From assembly GCA_016840165.1 (NCBI GenBank), contig JAEOSU010000051.1, positions 128,001 to 192,000 on the forward strand: 64,000 nucleotides of DNA, written 5' to 3'. Within the stretch, counting starts at the first letter, position 1. The number at the start of each line of letters is the position of its first letter. This document shows positions 58,701 to 64,000 of this stretch, piece by piece. The position numbers were made by a program, and so were the translations under genes. The stretch comes from Promethearchaeota archaeon (GTDB lineage Archaea > Asgardarchaeota > Lokiarchaeia > Sigyniarchaeales > SOKP01). The notes under the pieces were generated by a model, which was not told the origin of the DNA, did not search any database, and was given only the letters and a program-made list of their open reading frames with translations.

Positions 58701-59689
58701 TCCGTAATTCCCTCATCGGTACCTTCATATTGAACCATTAAATTAACATAATTCGATTGATTACTTAGCGTAAACCCCTCAAATACGTCAATTAATCCTG
58801 CCATATCCGTGTCTGACTCATTATTTCCAATTAAATCTGTGAAATTTCCAAATATTGCTGGGTAATCCAATAATACATTGGTAAACTGTTCAAAGATACT
58901 TTCTACATTAAATGATTCCAAATAAGACAGATCTAATGACTCTATATTAAAATCTATTTGATCTATTGATGCAAGAAAATCTTTTTCAAGAAGATCTAAT
59001 GAATTAATTAGCAAAAAGGTAGAAGAAAGATGTTTGGACTTCAAATATCCATCAGAAGTAAGTCTCTCTACATCTAATGCTTTCCAATAACCATCCATGG
59101 GTAGATTTCCTATTATTTCTCTCATATAAACATTCCAATCTGGAAAATATCCAATAAAAGGAAAGAAGTAAGGATTTGTGGATGCAACTGTAATCAAATC
59201 AATTTCGAATTTTCTTTTAAGGATCTCAAGTGCTCTTTCCGCTCTTATCTCAACTTCGGATTGGGATAAAGAATCTTCATAGTATAAAAATCCAGAAAAA
59301 CCATTGAATGTCATACTAAATTGAATAGGTATATCATTCTCAGTAATTACCTTTGGAAATATTTCTGGAATAATTCCATTTGAAACAGAAAAGAGCAGGT
59401 TACATTTGAAAAAAGCAGGATCTCTCGTATCAAATTGAGGCAAAATGCTTGTATCATTTGAAAAGAACGATTGTTTGATTACAGATTTATTTCCCGCTAC
59501 AAAAGCATCAATATTTTCAGCATATAAGTCAGTTCCTGCGATATCATTTGTGTATAAGTTTTCTATCCCTAAATCATTTTTAACTCTATGACTAAGTAGA
59601 TTACTATTATAGCCTCGAATATGAATTGAAATTGAAAAAAGACTAATTGCTATCAAAATGATAACCGTTATTTGTTTTTTTCGCAACAT
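55706..59689 (-). CDS. Large surface glycoprotein with DUF11/BatD/COG1361-like Ig domains and C-terminal TM
   Basis: Signal peptide; four 'G....(I/L).(V/I).N.G' strands (FNITAENVG, YHLILKNIG, LTIGIRNSG, VNITVINSG); TM near the C-terminus plus ~60-aa tail. Confidence 0.78.
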   Translation of the reverse strand: MLRKKQITVIILIAISLFSISIHIRGYNSNLLSHRVKNDLGIENLYTNDIAGTDLYAENIDAFVAGNKSVIKQSFFSNDTSILPQFDTRDPAFFKCNLLFSVSNGIIPEIFPKVITENDIPIQFSMTFNGFSGFLYYEDSLSQSEVEIRAERALEILKRKFEIDLITVASTNPYFFPFIGYFPDWNVYMREIIGNLPMDGYWKALDVERLTSDGYLKSKHLSSTFLLINSLDLLEKDFLASIDQIDFNIESLDLSYLESFNVESIFEQFTNVLLDYPAIFGNFTDLIGNNESDTDMAGLIDVFEGFTLSNQSNYVNLMVQYEGTDEGITEVDENEYQFNLWNALNYKGDALRPSEKIFISLIGAFISNINVNIMCTEITDMTPKYFDLYSFLLEQIDTILFYAEVDFDVSSLEDYSLELFWMDYEGIKRNFVKPVNLNDPADYVNFLSIIGFQGIEGLPAGILNPIADFTVSYVIGYDEPSILIKKDLIGDNTSYGVYNTFSFNITAENVGNNTAWGNPTKIPIDLDDAFSLIVGPVGTALNLDEDLKDAIWEIVSVVYSGEYSSLEDFFNFDEDPRIFYFDTTGAGTVDYYFPDLLNLTNILPYNEKMDNVITIMTSSYQALLDSLAAPLVGVSVNDLRTTFGNQESIWNEHNWYLNPGEKIFYEFSNFSIEGYDSFTTFYNYSFLIRESFPSLPYIISGNTISGTNPQMALENDNDDWIIESEEKYIGYNEIDIQFLFKNTSAIDFKNYSLDRISIIANLTDLTSDLTFEVFNYSSETYLNLDNFSSSDTNSTFEFSFERNEGSLEWIFDPYTRENHSVLIRVKASESNKFNISINNIDIQFSYRDVNSYQVLGSRMIYSSMSGNIEYIRRSNTITLSTYSMASIIAYGYLDEYSTTQGEILNYHLILKNIGTETAYDVNVSLTIPGIINQFNDFLFDNNTLSYYISDLIPYAEKRLNFSFYSPNTAKINSVTIEYENNETIANINSTSLTANPNEVLFTSPIDYETRFPYVKTIEIYLNSSNNNPQIGELFNLTIGIRNSGIEGFNISSLTIRTGDKYGDLYPYNLSSNLIDIEYNHLKSFVLTLNKTDWKAYLYASINYFESPESKIIQIKNSESIILGTINFTIIKSVDKNQIEIGDIISVNITVINSGTICLKDVSLQDTISFTGIDFDLIDGNLVNEIPCLHSGETLSFVYKIKAKTQAVVNLKPAFIEQYYLTKLKYQSNEVQVKVIIPKTIQYLFVIGPSVGAFIVIIGFLWQKHKYHSKRYEQQRYELTLFQDSSSTTVLNIEYNLRDYFKSISSTHTISPNDLQEIPKENFGDSNE

Positions 59690-59707
59690 TTTTTTTAAAT
59701 ATTCCTT

Positions 59708-62698
59708 CTACATAGTTTCTCGGTATATTTGAACGATCTTTTTCTTCCTAATATTCCTCAACAATAACCTCATCCCTATTAGCACAAATATAATTGAAAT
59801 AGTAAATATAATAATCATATTAGATAGTGGAAATGTGGGAGTGTTCGGTAAATCACTTAATACATTAATAGAGGTTGCTAGTAATAGCCCAGTAGTCCAA
59901 CCCACTATAACCCCAACTGTTCCACTACTAAGCATTATTATTAAAGACTCAATTGTAAACAAGTGATTAATTTCTTTTCCTTTCAATCCTAAAGTTCTAA
60001 TAATTCCAATTTCCTTTTTCCTTTCAATAATCGTAGAATAGGATGAGGAAAGTAAACCAAATAGACATATTACGATTGTAGCATCTAATGTCATACTAAA
60101 AAAGGTATCTAAAATAGAAAACATAGATAAACCACCTGATACACTCTGCTCTAAATTATTAATCTCAAAATCATATAATCTCCTATTTGCATCTTCAATT
60201 TGGGTTAGTATTGATTGGGATGCGGACAAACTTGTTGTTCTTAATTGTATAAATATTTTGTCGAGATAAGGGATCGGAGGTATATCTAAAATATTCATAT
60301 AAGTTTCCTTTGATATCATCACACCTCCTCCAACGGCAGAAGAGCTTGATCGTGCGAATTGGCTTGAAAAACCTGGCATAGTTGCAGCAACTCCAACTAC
60401 TATAAACTCATAAATTTGCACCTCATCTCCTCTGTTAATCGTAATACTCACCACATCATTGAGTTGTAAATCTAAATTCACAGAAATTCCTTCAGAGATG
60501 ATACAAGTATATCTTTGTTGAAAGTTAAATAGATTATCAAAACTATTTACCAAATCTCCTTGAGTAAATTCGATATACTCTGTCTTAATAGTTGAGGGTA
60601 ATTTCTCATCTATACCTATTAAACTAACTTCTTGGGTGGTTAATCCTGCAAAATCTCCGATCTCTGCTGAAAACTCTTGATTATCTTCAGCATAAATCTG
60701 CGTTAAATGATACGGACTTGCTATGACAGATGAAACGCGTTCAATTCCATCCAATTTTAAGAGTACTTTTTCGAAATCTACTGTCAAAATTCTGCTAGGG
60801 TCAACAGAAAATTCAGGATCTATAGTTGTTTCTATTGTTCCTCCCCCTCCTCCACCAACAAAACCGCCTCCAAATCCAATACCCCCAACCTCTTCTGGAT
60901 CTTGCCACCCCTCCGTTTCTATCACCAGATCTGCACCATAATTCAGGTTTGCTCCAATAACCACTTGATCAGAGAGAAATTTAAAAGCTCCAGAAGTGAA
61001 AATTACGAATGAAAAAGTAAAGGCGAAAATTAATATTGTACTTTGATTTCGCCTTGCATATCTAAAAATAAAGATTTTATAAACTGGTGCTAACTTCCTT
61101 GAAAAGAATCTAAAGAGCTGAATGAAAATTCGCAAGATTAATGGCATCAAACCTAAACCTGCTAATGTTGTTCCTATTAAAAAAATGATTAAGAGTGCGA
61201 TTAAAGTCCCTGATATTAGAGCAAGATCCATCGCAACCATTATTCGCGGGATAATAAACAGAACAAAAGCAGCATTTATAGTAAGAATGATTCCAATAAT
61301 AATCAGTTTATAATTTACTGAAGCTTTTCTCTGAAGGTGATATAAAGTATCCTCATGTCGGTAGGGGTGAATAGATTCAATTAATTGGAGTTTCATTACT
61401 TTTATTGCGGGGGAAATGCTAACAAACAAACCAACACAAATTCCTATTAAATAAGATATAATAATTGATATTAGTGTAAATGAAAACTTTACATTCCCAG
61501 CTAACCCTGGGATTGAATTAGATACAATAATTTCAGCGATAGGGATAACAATGTTTTGAGTAGCTAAAAAAGCAATAATAATCCCAAATATGGTTCCAAA
61601 ATTTACTAATAGAAATCCTTGTACGAGTACAATTGCAAGATTATATTTTTTGGTTGAACCTAGGGTCCGAAAGATGCCAAACTCACGAATTCTTTCTTCA
61701 ACAGACGTCTTTAATATCCCATTTATCAATACACCTGAAATTAACATCGAAATCATAGAGACAAAGACAAATATAATAGTGATACCTACACTCAGAAATT
61801 CAGCGAAGGCTAGAACATCTAATTTCGGTAAATCGATAAAATATTCGTTTATCCCAATTACAATCTGTACCTCACCCGCAATGTCCCTTACACGATTTTC
61901 AGAGCCATCCAAATCCCGAGCATCATAAAAGCTACCAGCGGAATCAAGAGTTACGATTAAATCATTGCATCGTCCATTAAACGTTTCGTTTCCAAAAATT
62001 TCATATAATGTTTCGATATCAACAACAATTAAAGGGCGATTTTCATATCTAATTGGCCATTTCAATTGAAAGTCAAAAATCTTATCGACGGTAAAATTCT
62101 GGATACGGGATATATATTGATCTCCATGCCATAACCCCATTCTTATTTCAATGGTATCATTAACTGCATAATTAATAATGTCATTAAACTCATAGTAAAT
62201 TGCACAATGATATAATGGTAAATCATTGAGCGCTAATAGCGCATTTGAATTTGGTCTAATAAAACTTCCAAATCCTATACTGTTTTCTAATGTAAAGTTT
62301 ATTCCGGAAAGAAGCACCGATTCACGAGAATTTGATAAAGCGGGGGTATCTTTGCCAACAGAAACATTTACATTTCCCCAGACTTCCATCCGAGGGATAA
62401 AATTATCAATATAATTTACGTTTGTTTTAATTGATTGTATTAAAGGATTAAATTCAAAATAATCAGAACGATTATCAGGTTCATTATTGTAATGTCTAAC
62501 GTTAATAACCATATCCTGCCCTCCCGCATCAATACTGAGGTAATCAATAAACGTAACGGAAATCGAATCCGAAAGAAATAGGACTAATGATAAAAGAGCA
62601 ATTGAAATGGTGACTCCGATTATTGCAATAGTCGTCCTTACTTTTTGACGTGACAGATCCTTGAACGCATACTTAAATATTAATTTTATGTTAGACAT
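59708..62698 (-). CDS. ABC permease, double MacB/FtsX architecture
   Basis: A.KDL.RQK.RT, ERIREFGIFRTLG and ERKKEIGIIRTLG; paralogous to 47937-50918. Confidence 0.9.
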   Translation of the reverse strand: MSNIKLIFKYAFKDLSRQKVRTTIAIIGVTISIALLSLVLFLSDSISVTFIDYLSIDAGGQDMVINVRHYNNEPDNRSDYFEFNPLIQSIKTNVNYIDNFIPRMEVWGNVNVSVGKDTPALSNSRESVLLSGINFTLENSIGFGSFIRPNSNALLALNDLPLYHCAIYYEFNDIINYAVNDTIEIRMGLWHGDQYISRIQNFTVDKIFDFQLKWPIRYENRPLIVVDIETLYEIFGNETFNGRCNDLIVTLDSAGSFYDARDLDGSENRVRDIAGEVQIVIGINEYFIDLPKLDVLAFAEFLSVGITIIFVFVSMISMLISGVLINGILKTSVEERIREFGIFRTLGSTKKYNLAIVLVQGFLLVNFGTIFGIIIAFLATQNIVIPIAEIIVSNSIPGLAGNVKFSFTLISIIISYLIGICVGLFVSISPAIKVMKLQLIESIHPYRHEDTLYHLQRKASVNYKLIIIGIILTINAAFVLFIIPRIMVAMDLALISGTLIALLIIFLIGTTLAGLGLMPLILRIFIQLFRFFSRKLAPVYKIFIFRYARRNQSTILIFAFTFSFVIFTSGAFKFLSDQVVIGANLNYGADLVIETEGWQDPEEVGGIGFGGGFVGGGGGGTIETTIDPEFSVDPSRILTVDFEKVLLKLDGIERVSSVIASPYHLTQIYAEDNQEFSAEIGDFAGLTTQEVSLIGIDEKLPSTIKTEYIEFTQGDLVNSFDNLFNFQQRYTCIISEGISVNLDLQLNDVVSITINRGDEVQIYEFIVVGVAATMPGFSSQFARSSSSAVGGGVMISKETYMNILDIPPIPYLDKIFIQLRTTSLSASQSILTQIEDANRRLYDFEINNLEQSVSGGLSMFSILDTFFSMTLDATIVICLFGLLSSSYSTIIERKKEIGIIRTLGLKGKEINHLFTIESLIIMLSSGTVGVIVGWTTGLLLATSINVLSDLPNTPTFPLSNMIIIFTISIIFVLIGMRLLLRNIRKKKIVQIYRETM

Positions 62699-62749
62699 TT
62701 GTGATATAACTTTAGATTTTAGTCATAATTTCATATCATAAGTTTCGAT

Positions 62750-63928
62750 TTAAAATAAAAGTAATAAATTTCCTTCAATATTAGCATTAAGACTATTCTC
62801 TTCGATTAACTCCTTTAATACATCATCAAAATGTTCTGGCAAATTCAATAAAATCGAATTTGGTATACTCGCTTTCATATCATTAATATTAATTTCAACT
62901 TTTCCCTGATTTGTGTAAAGATATTTGAAAATCATATTTTTTACTTTTTCTTTATTGATTTCTGCTTCTTTTTTTCGACTTACTTCCATTGCTTCCGTCT
63001 CTTTTAGACCATCAACTTTTCCTTCATGAGTGAGTTTACCGTCTCTCATATGAAAAACGCGGGTTGCAAACTCAGTAACTGCCGCATCATGGCTCACAGA
63101 AACAAAAGTAGCGCCCCTTCGGTTTAAATCTCTCAGAAGGTTTAACACCATTACTCCTGTCTTACTATCAAGATCGCCAGTTGGTTCATCGAGTATTATC
63201 AATGCGGGATCATTTGAGAAGGCTCTTGCTATTGCCACTCTCTGTTGTTCTCCTCCAGATAATTCAGATGGAGTATGGTGCGCCCTTTCTTCTAAACCAA
63301 CTAATCTTAATAGATCAAGTGCTTTTTTCCTCTTACCTCTTTTACTTAACTTCCCTGAAAAATGCAATGGAACCATAACATTTTCTAATGCGGTCATTTG
63401 GGGTAAAAGATTATAAAATTGGAATACAAAACCAATCCGTTCCTTTCTAATTTCTGCGAGATCATTATCGTTTAACATTGAGATATTTCTTCCTTCCAAA
63501 AAGATTTTGCCTCTCGTGGGTGTATCTAATCCTCCAATTAGGTTTAAAAGAGTCGTTTTCCCCGATCCTGATGGCCCCATAATATCAATAAAATCTCCTT
63601 TATCAATTTTTAGGTCAACTCCTCGTAAAGCTGCGACTGCCGTCGTGCCAAGCAAGTACGTCTTATGCAGATTCTCAACGACAATTAAATGCTCATAATC
63701 CTTTCCAACTTCCTTACCATCTTTCAAATCTTTCTTTAATTGTCTCTTCTCTTCACGTGACTCAGTAAGTAGCTCTATTTTCTGTTTTTTAATTTCGTTC
63801 TTTTGCTTTTTTTTCTGCCATTTTTTAAAGTCTTTACTTAATTTGCCTTTCCAAATCGCCAATTTTCCTGTTTCTTGTTCATACTCCTCCATTTCTGGAG
63901 TTTTTCTTATATTAAAAGCATCTACCAT
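62750..63928 (-). CDS. ABC ATPase, LolD/MacB family, with N- and C-terminal extensions
   Basis: GPSGSGKTT, GFVFQFYNL, LSGGEQQRVAIARA, LDEPTGDLD and SHD motifs. Confidence 0.95.
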   Translation of the reverse strand: MVDAFNIRKTPEMEEYEQETGKLAIWKGKLSKDFKKWQKKKQKNEIKKQKIELLTESREEKRQLKKDLKDGKEVGKDYEHLIVVENLHKTYLLGTTAVAALRGVDLKIDKGDFIDIMGPSGSGKTTLLNLIGGLDTPTRGKIFLEGRNISMLNDNDLAEIRKERIGFVFQFYNLLPQMTALENVMVPLHFSGKLSKRGKRKKALDLLRLVGLEERAHHTPSELSGGEQQRVAIARAFSNDPALIILDEPTGDLDSKTGVMVLNLLRDLNRRGATFVSVSHDAAVTEFATRVFHMRDGKLTHEGKVDGLKETEAMEVSRKKEAEINKEKVKNMIFKYLYTNQGKVEININDMKASIPNSILLNLPEHFDDVLKELIEENSLNANIEGNLLLLF

Positions 63929-64000
63929 AATATCTTCACATTAAATTGAAATGAATCGATTAAATTTATTCTCAAATCGTTTAATTATAAAAATTTAAGT

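Noticed and set aside
1619-63698. Many short ORFs in the track that are antisense or nested (e.g. 1619-1834, 3191-3445, 10611-11000, 17949-18220, 18873-19157, 23773-24162, 61590-61928)
   Set aside because: They overlap well-supported genes on the opposite strand or in another frame and have no motifs; they are shadow ORFs.
1-64000. CRISPR arrays, IS elements, rRNA genes
   Set aside because: No regularly spaced repeats, transposase motifs or long GC-rich non-coding tracts were found by eye.

Overview
AT-rich (about 30% GC by eye), gene-dense chromosomal window. It is almost certainly from an Asgard archaeon of the Lokiarchaeia type: it has an ESCRT-II/Vps4/ESCRT-III cluster, several longin/roadblock proteins, a Loki-CTERM surface protein, archaeal eS1/uS15 and BHB-type tRNA splicing. 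Housekeeping genes include pgk, glmU-like, M1P guanylyltransferase, Sir2, Nop2, Nip7, rdgB, rubrerythrin, acyl-CoA ligase and dehydrogenase, and larB/larC/nikR. Four features are missed or truncated by the ORF track. (1) The 5' end of an alpha-glucan phosphorylase lies at 1-140. (2) A 160-aa AhpC/TSA-like protein has an in-frame TGA in a UxxC motif, so it is a probable selenoprotein, and its 3' UTR is structured. (3) tRNA-Gly(GCC) carries a 30-nt intron at the non-canonical T-loop position 59/60 with a perfect bulge-helix-bulge. (4) tRNA-Val(GAC) is present. There are two main candidates for poorly described systems. One is a 16-kb five-gene operon: MacB/LolD ATPase, two double FtsX/MacB permeases, a large Ig-rich surface protein, and a membrane-anchored subtilase with a cytoplasmic double zinc ribbon. 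The other is a wHTH / 7TM-longin / lectin-like surface protein module lying between nop2 and nip7. A histone of the short-alpha3 (Bd0055/face-to-face-like) type is also present. No IS element, CRISPR array, rRNA or prophage was seen. All family calls come from motif recognition by eye; no searches were run.
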